A stretch of 64,000 nucleotides of DNA from Cyanophora paradoxa CCMP329 (lineage: Eukaryota > Plantae > Glaucophyta): assembly GCA_004431415.1 (NCBI GenBank), contig QPMI01000640.1, positions 1-64,000 on the forward strand. Reading direction: 5' to 3'. The notes below the pieces were generated by a model. The model did not search any database, was not told the origin of the DNA, and saw only the letters and a list, made by a program, of their open reading frames with translations. Positions 1 through 10,760 of the stretch are shown here, piece after piece (the stretch's first letter is position 1; each line of letters begins with the position of its first letter). A program made the translations under genes and the position numbers.

Positions 1-1517
1 AGCCCGGCCCCGCGGCGGCCGGCGGGGCGCACCGCGCGCACGAGGCCGAGCCGGTGCGCTGGCAGGAGTGGTTCCGCGTGCTGCTCTTCCACGAGGTCGG
101 CTTCGTCTTCATGGCCGCCCGCATGATCGTCGTCCGCACCCGCCCCGCCCCGCCCTGAAGCCCCCCGCCCTGAGCCCCCGCCCCGCCCCCCGCCCCAGGT
201 CTTCTCCCAAGTCGCCGTGCGCCTCCCCCGGTCTTCTCGCCGGCCTCGGGGCGCCTCTGAGCGCCCTCCGCCCCCCGCAGATGCCGTTCTACCTCGTCCG
301 TCGGGCCCCGCCGCTCCCCCCTCGGCAGGGCGCGGGGGCCGGCGCCGACGCTCGCGCGCAGGTCTACCGCCTCCACCTCGACTCGATGTCCCTCGCCGTC
401 GTCCCCCTCCTCGTCCAGCTCATGTCCCTCATCGGCTCCTTCTGGGTCCCCTAGTCCGCCCCCCGCCCCGCCCCGCCCCGCCCCGCCCCGCCCCAGGCGA
501 CGGGGCGGGGCAGCGTGAACCGGGCGCTGGGCCTCAAGGCCGGCTACATGGGCGGCGCTGCCCTCTGCGTGTGCCCCGCCCCCCTCCGCCTCCCACGCCC
601 GGCCGGCCTGAGGGGCGGGCAGATCCTCGCGGCGGCGGCCTTCTTCTTCCTCGACTCGCCGCCGTACCTGGTGTACCCGTCGGCGCTGGTGCTGGGGCTG
701 GGGACGGCGGGCGTGGCGGTGACGGCGATGATGCTCGAGGCGGTCGTCGTCGGCGAGCACACCGACTCCGCCGCCTTCGTCTACGGGTCCCCGCCCCCCG
801 CCCCCCCCGCCCCCCCGCCTCACGGCCGCCCCCCGCCCTGCCCCGCAGCTTCTACGGCTTCCTCGAGAAGCTCAGCGGCGGTGCTCCCCGCCCGCCTCGC
901 CCCGCCCGGCACCGCACCGCCCCTGCTCCGGTCGCCGGGTGACGGGCGGGGCGCGCGGGGGCAGGCGTGGCGATCTTCTTTCTGAACCCGTACCTGACGA
1001 GCTCGGCCGGCTCGGCGTGGGCGATGAGCGCCGTGCCGGGCCTCGCGAGCGCCCTCTCCCTCCTCCTCCTCCTCGTCGCCGTCCGCCTCCCCGAGGGGCA
1101 GCACTCCCTCCGGCGCGCCCCGCCCCGCGCCGCCCCGGCGGTGCGGTGCGCTGGAGGGGGGGGCGCTGAGGGGGGCCGGGGGCAGGCGGACGGCGTCGGG
1201 GATGGAGGCGCAGCAGGAGGCGACGGCGGGGGACGTCGAGGCGCACGGCCTCGCCGGCGCCGACTTCGAGGGCATCCGCGAGGCCCGCCCCGCCCCCGGC
1301 CCCCGCACGCCCCCGCCCCAGCCCCGCCCCGCAGGCCTTCGAGGCGCGCCACCCGCGCCGGAAGACGCCGCGGGCGGGGGCGCGGTGGACGCTGGAGGAG
1401 ATCCTGCCCGAGCGCGAGTTCTTCGCGGCGGGGGCGATGGGCAAGGTCGTCCCCTACGCCGTCGTCGAGCACTACGACTGGGAGACCGCCGCCTCCATCA
1501 CCTCCGCCTGCCTCTAG
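1..1517 (+). CDS. MFS transporter, MFSD12/MelB-like (5' end outside window), multi-exon
   Basis: Spliced exons give hydrophobic TM segments: MPFYL|VYRLHLDSMSLAVVPLLVQLMSLIGSFWVPYVNRALGLKAGYMGG, LVYPSALVLGLGTAGVAVTAMMLEAVVVGEHTDSAAFVYG|FYGFLEKLSGG (resembles the MFSD12 motif GAFVYGxxSFxDK). Stop TAG at 1515-1517, followed by a poly-C tract. Confidence 0.72.
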
Positions 1518-2116
1518 CCCCGCCGCCCCCCCCCCCCCCCCCCCCCCCCCCCTTTTTTTCAAAGCGCGCGTTCGCCGCCCGTGCGTTTCATCCTGCAGTC
1601 TTGGTCCGACTATCATAGTATCTCGGTCGTGAGTACTAAGTAGGCGTGAGGCCCGCGCGCAGCCGTCCCCGGACGGCCGGCGGCGGAGGCCGCTGACATT
1701 GGTTTTTCTGATTGCCACAGAGTCCTAGATCTGCCGCAGCGACCCATGTTTCAAGATCACATGTTTCATTTCATGCAGTGGTACCAACAGATCGTTAACG
1801 TTTTCCTTGTCTGCGTATACTACGGCTACTAGGCTAAGTATAGACTAGTACACGGGCTCGATTGAACGGCCATCACTGAGTTAAGCTCGTACATCACGTG
1901 TACGTAAGCGTGTGTGAAAAGAACTACTACATGCTAAGAAACTGAAATTTTTAAAATGCAAAACTTGAAAGAAGGACACCATATATTCAATGATTGTGCC
2001 ACTGGGGGCCATGTGCACGGTGAACGAAAATTGAATTCGAAATCGACTGAATTCTAGTAGTAGCCCTAGGCCTGCTGCCAGGCACAGCCGCTGAGCTGCT
2101 GTCATGTAGACTATAG

Positions 2117-2790
2117 CTACGGGGCCCCAGCCCAGTTAGCCTGGTAGCCTAGGTCGGCGTTAACGCTCGCGATCGTGAGCTCGAGGGGCGGCGGGGGCGG
2201 GGGCGGGCGGGGCGGGGCGAGGGGGACGGAAGCGCTGGCGGAGCTCGTTGGCGGGGGCTCGCCTCGGCGATGTGGATGGCGTTGAGGACCTCTAGGGCGC
2301 GGAGCTCGCCCTCGGGGGCGACGCGGAGCCGGCCCTCGAGGAGCAGCGCGGGCACCTCCTCGAGCCGCGAGCTGCCCCGCCTCCTCGCGCCGGCCCCGGG
2401 CGCCCCCCCACGCGAGCAGCGCCTCCGCCTTCAGCACCACCACCGCCGCCACCTCCCTCTCCACCCACCCTCCCCGCGAGCGTCACCGGCCCCCGGGAGG
2501 GGGGGGGGGGGGGGGGCGGCAAGGGGGTGTACCTGTTGCCGTAGACCTCGAGTGCCTCGGCAGCCACGTACTGTCCCTGCGCGAGCTTGAAGATCTGCGG
2601 GGGGGTGAGCTGCAGGGGCCGCGCGAGAAAGCGGGGGCGGCGGGCGCGCGTTCTTCTTGCAGTCGATGACGGAGAAGGTGCCGTCCTCGTTAAAACGTTG
2701 AGCTTGCCGACGTCGCAGTGTGGAGCCAGCCGTCGCCGTCCGGCATCCCCCCTGTCTCCTGCTCGTTCTTGTGGTAGATCGTAGCCCAGC
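2117..2790 (-). pseudogene. Long-chain acyl-CoA synthetase pseudogene (C-terminal part)
   Basis: Minus strand reads [46 protein letters not shown] ... LEVLNAIHI ... NELRQRF, the LACS signature [26 protein letters not shown] with frameshifts and R->C. No N-terminal half is present, and it is flanked by TE remnants. Confidence 0.72.
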
Positions 2791-3357
2791 TCGAAGCGCC
2801 GCGGGACCTAGGCGTGGTCGTTGTCAGGGCGTTGTCGTTGCGCAGAACGGCGGCAATTGCAATTGCAAGCTTTAAGCGCTCAGGGTGTTACCTCGTCGAT
2901 GCGCGTCGTCAGGGTCTTGCGGTGCCCGCCGGCCGGGTTGGGGGATGCTGGAGCTGCGAATACAACTCGGGCCGCCTGTACTTGGCCTCGATCTGCTTCA
3001 GGCAGCGTGGCCAGGTAGGCGGTGACCCAGCACCCTGAGCTCGGCGCTGCGCCTCGACACGTTGAGACTCGCTCGTTGGATTCGCTCTTTGGCTGTGAGC
3101 GGCCGATCGTTCAGCGGCCGGAGTGCACGCCCCCCTTCAGAGGGCCCTGCCTGCGTCGTCCGCGGCTTCTCGCCCCCGTAGTTAGCACCGCCGCTTCTAG
3201 CTAGCGTTGTCCGCAGCAAGTATGCCAGTGTTATCAATGTGCAAACTTCGCGCTTCTCCGCGCGGGGTCTCCGGGTTGCCAGTGCTTCCGGGCCGGCGAC
3301 GGCGCGCCTTGTCCATCGCCTCCAGACATGCAAGGGGAAACAATCGCCGAAGGATCG

Positions 3358-3531
3358 AGCGCTTTAGCGCAGTGGTATAAGGTCGTGCTACGACCTCCCG
3401 GATTCCCGGGTTCGGTTCCTGCTGTTTCCGCTACGTTGTACTTCGAATCCTTGTGATTCCCGATACCGTGACTTGTATCCTCGTTGTGTACTACGAGTGG
3501 GCACGCCCACCGTAGATCTTAAAAAAAAAAA
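3358..3531 (+). mobile_element. Putative tRNA-derived SINE
   Basis: Pol III A box TAGCGCAGTGG (3365-3375), anticodon-like hairpin AGGTC-GTGCTAC-GACCT, B-box-like GGTTCGGTTCC (3409-3419), 3' stem-loop CTACGaGTGGG-cacg-CCCACCGTAG (about 3491-3515), then an A-tail (3521-3531). No clear TSD. Confidence 0.45.
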
Positions 3532-4005
3532 GAGAGGAGAAATTAAGGACCGGAGAGCTAGCTAGAGGAGATCGCCTCGAGAGGCCTAGGAGAATTCGAA
3601 TTAAATTAAAGCTTTAGGAGCTCGAGAGAGGAGAATTTGAGGTTGTAAACCACAGCAGGCTCTAATCTCGCGACTTGTAGACGAACGATGAACGAACGAG
3701 GCCGCGTGGAACCTCCGCGGTCGCTAATTTTCAACGGGTTTTCGAGTTCCATGCGGTGTACGTTAAAAAAGCCAAGTCTAGTGCTAATCTCTAGCGCCAG
3801 CTAGTCTGGGCTCTTTGGAGCGGGGCAGGGGTAGAGCAGCTCAGCATCGCGCTCCTGCTCTGGCGATGGCGTCTGCGTCGCCGAGCGCTCCTAGTGCTAG
3901 CTGTCGTCGTTCTGGTGGTCCAGATCTGATCCACGTGCTCGGCCGCGGCGCTCGTGAGCGACGCCTCTAGCTCGGATGGCGGAACGCTGTCTAGGAAGCT
4001 GCCAT

Positions 4006-4525
4006 CAGTGATGGCATTAATAATACTCCCCAAAACGCCGACCTTAACATTAATAGTTAAGGTCTTTATTATAATATTAATAACATTATAGTGTATTATA
4101 ATAATGCTCCATACAAATCCCGCCCCGGCAGCCCCGTCCTGCTTCTTCTTCGTACATTCAGCACTCTTAAATGAAGCAGATAAGCAAGATTCAACCGTTT
4201 GAACTGTGCAGCTACGTGTTTAGAACAGGCTTGTGCCTTCTTTAAGAGATGGTGAGAGGGGTATGGTACCTGAGGTGTGTTCCATGGAGCTGTCAGGATG
4301 TCCGAGCGCTCGCAGAGCATTCAGACACATCTTAAACATCGTTTTAAAGCGTTGAGTTGCGTCGTGGTGCGCTCCTGGGCAAAAGAAAGCGCACTAATAG
4401 GGGGTACCCCGTATATTAATATTGTATTGTTAAGGTCCCCGATTCGGGGAACCTTATAATAATACTATTATAATGCATTATAATAATGTTTATTACTGGA
4501 TATTAATATTAAACGGCCATCACTG
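4006..4525. mobile_element. Non-autonomous hAT element (MITE), 520 bp
   Basis: Perfect 10-bp TIRs CAGTGATGGC / GCCATCACTG, perfect 8-bp TSD GCTGCCAT (3998-4005 and 4526-4533), AT-rich subterminal ATTAATAAT/ATTATAAT repeats. Confidence 0.88.
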
Positions 4526-4684
4526 GCTGCCATCACCGACAGACTGCGCGGCGTCTCCGCCTGAGGCCTGCGCCATGGCCGTGCGCGACCGCTAGGTGCT
4601 AGCCAGCAAGGGTACGATAGCTGCTAGCTCGAAGGCGTACCTCTGCAACCGCTCGAGAGGTTCCAAGCGCTAAGTTCTGGCCTA

Positions 4685-4734
4685 ATTCCATTTCCACGCG
4701 TTTAGCTATAGGCCTAAACGCGTGGAAATGGAAT
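4685..4734. repeat. Perfect 21-bp inverted repeat with 8-nt loop
   Basis: ATTCCATTTCCACGCGTTTAG-ctataggc-CTAAACGCGTGGAAATGGAAT. Confidence 0.92.
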
Positions 4735-5355
4735 CGCCGGTTCGTTAGCCGGACGACGAAATTTCTGAAAAAAAACCTCGTTCGTCCGAGTCGTGCACTT
4801 AGGCTAATTTGCGACTACGGGAAATCGTCCATGTGGTTTACGCCCTGAGCCTCGAGGGGAGGGGGGGGGGGGGGGGGGGGGGGGGCGTCCTGACTAGAGG
4901 CGGGTAGAGCGAATTTGCGAACCTTCAGCCGTCACCCGTGACTTCCGCGCTTCACGGTAAGCTGCACGCGTCGTTCTGGGCCCTGCAAGACGCAAAGCCT
5001 CGGGAATAGCCATCCAGTCGCCCAGAGTAAACAGTAGCAACAGCTGCAACAGGAAACAGAACTAAGTTCAATACGCAGCCGCGCAAGTTCAGCTGTAGTC
5101 GTGCAAACCTGCCGCGCTCTGCCTGATCGGTTGGTCCCAGGTTTCGCTGTGGGAGCGCCTTGAGCGACGGCAGTCCTTTCTTGACAAGGTTCGTGCGCTC
5201 TGTGCACGGAGATTAGCGCTGATCCGGGCGCGCTCTTGATATCCCGCATCGCTGCGGTTGCGCATCGGTGGCAGTTTCGATCGACCCCGTCTGTTGAGTC
5301 TAACAGTATCTGTTCCGTTCAGGTCTGAGGGTCGGTCTGAGGATCAGGAGGCTCG

Positions 5356-8300
5356 ATGGCAGAGCACGCAGGAGGCGGGGGCGGCAGCAACCAGCAGCGC
5401 CGCTCCCGGCACCTGTGGGTTGGGTGAGCTGCATCGCTCTCGGTCCAGACAGCATGCGCTTAGTGCCTTATCGCTCCTCCTACTCAGGAACGTCGGCGCC
5501 GAGCTTTCCGAGGAGGACATCCGGCGCGCGTTTGATCCTTACGGCGAAATTCTCAGCATCCGACTCGTGCGGGAGACGTCATGCTGCTTCGTCAACTTCA
5601 GAAACGTGGAAGATGCCGTGGTCGCCCGCCAGAAGCTGCAGCGGACGGTGATCCCGCCGGGAGAGTCGAAGATCGAGATCAACTTCGGCAAGGTCGGTCG
5701 CTCCTTTTCCTGCCCGGGCCGCTGTAACAGGCACGTGCAGCGCCAAGACAACATGACGAGCCGGCACCTCTGGGTCGGCAACCTGGAGTCCGACATGAAC
5801 GAGGACAACCTCAAGAACCTCTTCGCCCCGTTCGGGCAGGTGCCCTCCGTCTTCGGCCTTTGTTTTCTTTTTGCGGAGGGCGGGGCAGGTGCTGAGCGTG
5901 CGGCTGCTGCGGGAGACGAACTGCGGCTTCGTCAACTTCAAGACCGTCGAGGAGGCCGTCGCCGCGCGCACCGCCATGCAGGTGCCCGCCTCGCCCCCGC
6001 CGCGCCCCCGCGCCGCCGGCCGACGCGGCGGGGTGCAGGGCAAGCGGCTCTCAGCGGACGCGAAGCCGATCGAGATCGACTTCAAGTTCCCCCGCAACCA
6101 GGACAGTAATGGCGGCGCCGGTGGCGCTGCCGCCGCCGGCGGCGGCGGCGGGCGGCGAGGCGAGGACGGCTCCGGCGGCGGCAAGAGCCGCAGCGGTGGT
6201 CGCAGCAAGAAGGGTGGGAACGGGCAGCAGCAGCAGCAGCAGCAGGGGCCGGCGGGGCAGCAGCAGCAGGGCGGGCCCGGGCAGGGGGTGCGGTACGCTG
6301 TGCCGGGGGCGATGCCGGCGGGCATCCCGGACTACGACCTGGTGCAGCCGCTGCCGATGGTCGTGCCGGCGGCCGCCCCCGCGTGGCCCCGCCCCGCCGT
6401 CGACCCGCCTTCGTCCACATGGCCCCGCAGCAGCACTTCATGCCCCAGTCCTCTTTCCCTCCCGCCACTGCCCTGCCCCGCCCCGCCTCGCCGGCCCCGC
6501 GCTCACCGGCCGGGGGCGCCTGCGCAGATGGGCGGCCCGCCCCCCATGGTGCTCCCGCAGGCCTGGCGGCCCCGCCGGGCATGCCCCCGGCGCCGCCTAC
6601 GGGCCCTCTCCCCGACCGCCGCGGCGGCCGTGCCGGCGGCCGGTGGCGCCCTCCGGCGGGGTACGCGGCGGCGGCGGGGAATGCACTCTGCCGGTCTCGG
6701 CAGGGGCGGCGGCGGCGACGGCGGCGCTGGCGGCGGCGGCGGCGGCCTCGTCGACGACAAACGCGGCGAGCGCGGGCGGGGAGCACGGGGCGGCGGGCGC
6801 GGCTGGCGGGCAGGAGCTGGAGATGGCGTCGAGCAGCACGGACTGGACCGTGCGCGTCAAGGCCTGGCGTTACTGGTGCCAGCTCTTCCACCGCGCCGAG
6901 AGCGAGGACGCACAGGTCCGCCATCCCAACCCGCCCCCGCAACCCCCGACGGGCCCCGCAGGTTATGTACGCGCACGCGGACGACTGCGCGAGCCAGCCC
7001 TGACCTTCGTCCAAGTGCGCCGCCGCGCCGCGCCGCGCCGCGCCGCTCCCGCCCCGGCGCCGGCGCCGAGCGCGGCGGCAGATGTTCCTCCAGTCGAACG
7101 CGCTGGAGGGCGCCATCGACTCGGTCATGCGGTGCGCCGCCCGTGCCGGCCGGCCGGTGTCGGGGCGCGGGCGCTGGCGTGACGGGGGCGGGGGGCAGAT
7201 GCCGCCGGACACGGACGCGGACCTGCTGCTGTGCCTGTTCAGCTACTGCCTGGAGGGGACGACGCCGTCCACCGCCGCCTCCTCGACGGCCTCTGCGCCC
7301 TCGCCAACCTCCTCCGCCAGGCCCGCCCGCCCCGCCCGCCCCGCCCCGCCCCATTTCCGCCCCGCCCCTGACCGCGCCGCAGCACGGCTACTCGGCGTTC
7401 GGGAGCGGGCTGCCTAACCAGGGCCCCACGATCGCCCGCGTCATGCGGATGACCGTCGCCGCCTACAAGTTCGACCCCATGCAGGCCCGCCCCGCCCCGC
7501 CCCGCCGCCTGCAGCGCGCCCGAGGCGCCGCGCAGGTCCAGAAGTTCGCGACCTTCTTCTCGAACCAGCTGGAGGAGACGAACCGGCGCCTCGCGGAGAG
7601 CGAGCGCCGTCTCCAGCAGCTCGACACCGTGCGCGCCGCCGCGCCGCGCCCGGCCTCGCGCGCGGCTGAGGCGGCGCAGGCGTCGGACGCGGTGGCCGCG
7701 CTGCTGGAGAGCACGAACCTGACGAGCGAGCTGCTGCGCCTCTCCAAGCAGAAGCAGCAGAAGATGCGCTCCATGCTCAGCCGCCAGACCGCCTTCCGCT
7801 CCGGCCGCGACATCCGCGCCCTCTTCGAGGACATCTACAAGGCCCGCCCGCCCGCCCCGCCCGCGCCGCCCCCCCGCCTGACGCCCCGCAGGTCCTCCAC
7901 GACCTCCTCACCCCGCCCCGGCGCAAGAGCGAGGACCACTCCAACGGCCACGCCGCCGAGAAGGCCGCCGCCGAGCACGACGAGAAGGCGGGGCCGGGGG
8001 CGGCGGGGGAGGGGAGCGGGGCGGGGGTGCAGGGGCACGGGGGCCACGGAGAGGAGCACGGGCAGAGCGCGGCGTACCGGATGATCCTGCAGCGCGTGCG
8101 CGAGTTCGTCGACTCGTCGTGCGCCACCCTCCTCGACATCGTCGAGAAGCGCTCCACCCAGTGGGACGGCCTCATGCAGGCCCGCACGCCCCGCCCCGCC
8201 CCCGCCCTCCCGCCCGGCGCGGCGGCCGGCCGAGGGCGGCGGGCGCAGAGTGCCCAGCTGCAGTACCTGGCGTACGTGGAGCGGCACATGCGGCAGCGGC

Positions 8301-8720
8301 GGGAGCAGCTGCGGCTCTTCCAGCGCCGCCTGCGCTTCTGCGGGGAGAAGCTGGAGAGCCTGGAGCGGGACCGGGAGTCGATGGCGGAGTTCGGGATGGC
8401 GGAGGCGGACGACGACACGGAGGCGCAGATCGCGGCCATCCACGCGCGCTTCGAGGAGACGAGCGCCAAGCTCAAGGAGGTCCGCACCGACATCGAGACC
8501 GTCCGCTTCTCCGTCTCCGTCTTCCTCGAGGCCAACAAGGCCCCCGAGTTCGCCGGTCCGCCCCCGCCCCCCGTCCCTCTCCACCCGCCCCGTCTGCGCC
8601 AGCGGGGCCCGACGCGTGCGGGGCGCAGAGGTCGAGGCGCGCATCTCGGAGCTCGCACTCTGCCTCCGAGAAGAGGACAACAAGCCCGGCGCCAGCGCCC
8701 CCACGCCCCCCGCCCGCTAG
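5356..8720 (+). CDS. RNA-binding protein with two N-terminal RRMs, G/Q/P-rich linker and C-terminal helical/coiled-coil region
   Basis: ATG 5356. RRM1 SRHLWVG|NVGAELSEEDIRRAFDPYGEILSIRLVRETSCCFVNF; RRM2 SRHLWVGNLESDMNEDNLKNLFAPFGQ|VLSVRLLRETNCGFVNF (RNP2/RNP1). Downstream exons contain heptad-like stretches. Probable stop at 8718-8720. Confidence 0.78.
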
Positions 8721-8845
8721 GCCCGCCACGCCCGCCTCCGTAGCAGCCCAGGACCGCCACGCAGGATGCGCCATGTGCTCGTGTCGCATACGCACGCGCA
8801 TGTTTCGAGAGCGGGCGCAGGAGGCAGGGCGCGCGGGGGCGGGGG

Positions 8846-9770
8846 CTAGAGGGAGTCGTCGGCGTCGATGCGGTCGCCGGCGGCGCGGATGTCGCCGACG
8901 ATGTCCGTGAGGGCGAGCTCGGGTGCTCCAGCCGGAAGTCCACCCGGATGTCCTCGAAGTCCTTCGCCGGCCCGCCTCCTCCTCCCCTCCTCCTGCCCCC
9001 CCGCCCCCGCTTCTCCGCACAAGAAGAGGCGAGGAAGGGGGGGGGGGGGGGGGGGGAGGGAAGGGGGGGGAGGGAAGGGGGGACGAGGAGGGTGGGCGGT
9101 GGGGGGCGCACCTCGCGGGTCACCTCGACGGTGGGGAAGGAGCCCGAGCCGTCGGCACCATGCGGGAAGACACCTGCGCCTCATCACGCCCTCGCGCCCC
9201 TGGCCGCCCTCGCCGCAAGCACCTTTCACGACGGAGCGGACCAGAGCCGCCTGCAGCGCGCGTGAGTGGGCGCCGGAGGGGCGGGCGGGATGCGGAAGGT
9301 GTGGCCGGACCTCTCGCCTGCCGATGGGAGCTCGAGGGCGTCGATGAGATACGTGCGCATACAGTCGACGGCGAGGAGGGCGGCGGGGCGGCCCGTCGCC
9401 AGCCGCCGCGCCGGCTCCTCGAGGACGGCCTGGATGGATGCCGGCGGCGCCGGCATCTCCGGCATCGCCGGCTTCCACCGCTCCGCCTCCGTCTCCTCCT
9501 GCCCGTTCCTGCCACGCCCTGAGCCGCGGCCGGCAGGGAGGGGGCCGCCGGCGCTCTCACCACGCCTGCTGATCCTCCGCCCGCTCGCCGAAGAGGGCGA
9601 TCCGCTGCACGCGCGCCTTCCAGTCCGCCACTGCGCCGCCGCGCTCGGCCCGGGGCGACGCCGGGCAGCGCCGCGGCGCGCGCACCGTCCTGGCCCCACT
9701 TGGCGGCCTCCCGCAGCTCAAACAGGCCGAGCTCCCGTCCCGTTGCGCCGCACCAGCAGCACAAAAGCAT
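8846..9770 (-). CDS. Hypothetical protein (multi-exon)
   Basis: ATG at 9770 (MLLCCWCGATGRELGLFELREAAKWGQD|VADWKARVQRIALFGE), GT-AG introns and coding-like codon usage to TAG at about 8846. No recognisable domain. Confidence 0.4.
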
Positions 9771-10760
9771 GACGGTACTGTCCGCAGGCCGCTCCCAGCC
9801 GCTCTCCTCGTTCACTGCGGGAAATTAGAAACTGGCTTCCATTTTGCCAGACTGCGGGAAATTAGAAACTGGGGCACCCTGAGTGAGGGGCGCCAGAAAG
9901 CGCCCGACGCGGCCGTATACGAGATTCGTCCAGTCCCAGAAGTTCATTGACATCATGTCCAATTCTCCGTTGTTCATGTCGTCGTCGCCCCTGCGCCGCC
10001 GCCGCTTATCATTACGAGTCAGGGGACGACGAGTCATTATCATTACATGCGCCGCCGCCGCTTATCATGACTCGTCGCCGCACGCGCTTCGACGAGTCAG
10101 GACGCACGGCGCCGGCAGCTTCACGTTTGAAAGATCGAGCGGGCGTATGCGGACTCGTGGCTCATCCACCGCCGGCGGCGCACTCGGCGGAGCTGGGCGC
10201 GCGCCAGAAATGCGACGGCTGCTGCCACGGCTGCCCCAGCGCCGATGAGGAGGGTGCATCGAGTTGGAATTCCGCGACGCACGGCCCCTCGTGGCGCAGC
10301 GACCGCGCCGCACGCGCCGCGCTTTTCTGTGGAGGGGTGGCGAGGAACGCGCTGGCGAGCTGCACGCGCGACCTGCTCGGCAGCGCTGGAAGGGCGGACA
10401 CGAAGCCGCAGCTGCAGCTGCTGTTCATGTGCGCCATAGCAGACCCGTGCCAGACCGTGCGAGTGGGGTACGCGGGCAGAAGTTCTCCGGCGCGGACGGC
10501 TCCCGGCGCGGCGCTCTAGAGAAGGGCTACCCAATGCGGACCCTCGACACGTCGATCGGCTCTTCGCGTCCCTCAGATCGCGTCGCAACGCGGCCCAGAT
10601 TTCCTGGCAAAAACCATCTTCGGGGCTGAAACCTTGCGTGCCCGGAAGTTGCAGGACGCGCATGAATTCGCAATCGCTATCGGCGGGACGTGCGCTCGGA
10701 GGGACGGGGGAGGGGTCGGGGCGGGCGGCGGGGGCCGGGGCGGGGGGCGCCGCGGGGCGG

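Larger units (their letters stand above)
3641..4845. mobile_element. Non-autonomous PIF/Harbinger-like DNA transposon (contains nested hAT MITE)
   Basis: Imperfect TIRs GGTTGTAAACCACA (3641) and revcomp GGGCGTAAACCACA (ending 4845). Subterminal inverted motif ACGAACGAGG at both ends. 3-bp TSD TGA at 3638-3640 and 4846-4848. Confidence 0.55.

Noticed and set aside
452-454. Premature TAG in the MFS gene
   Set aside because: The codon is split by intron 454-513 (TA|C = Tyr).
1865-1878. Second complete hAT MITE
   Set aside because: Only one end is present; no matching left TIR or 8-bp TSD was found.
3358-3430. Functional tRNA-Ser(GCT)
   Set aside because: D-stem and acceptor stem do not pair, there is no Ser-type variable arm, and the T-loop deviates; treated as a SINE-like head.
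7001-7003. In-frame TGA as selenocysteine in the RRM gene
   Set aside because: A one-base indel restores a sensible frame (DDLREPALTFVQ) up to the splice donor, and no SECIS was seen.
9814-10700. Short duplications (22-mer at 9814/9851) and ORFs 9883-10663
   Set aside because: No domain or consistent exon structure; may be a decayed gene but cannot be supported.
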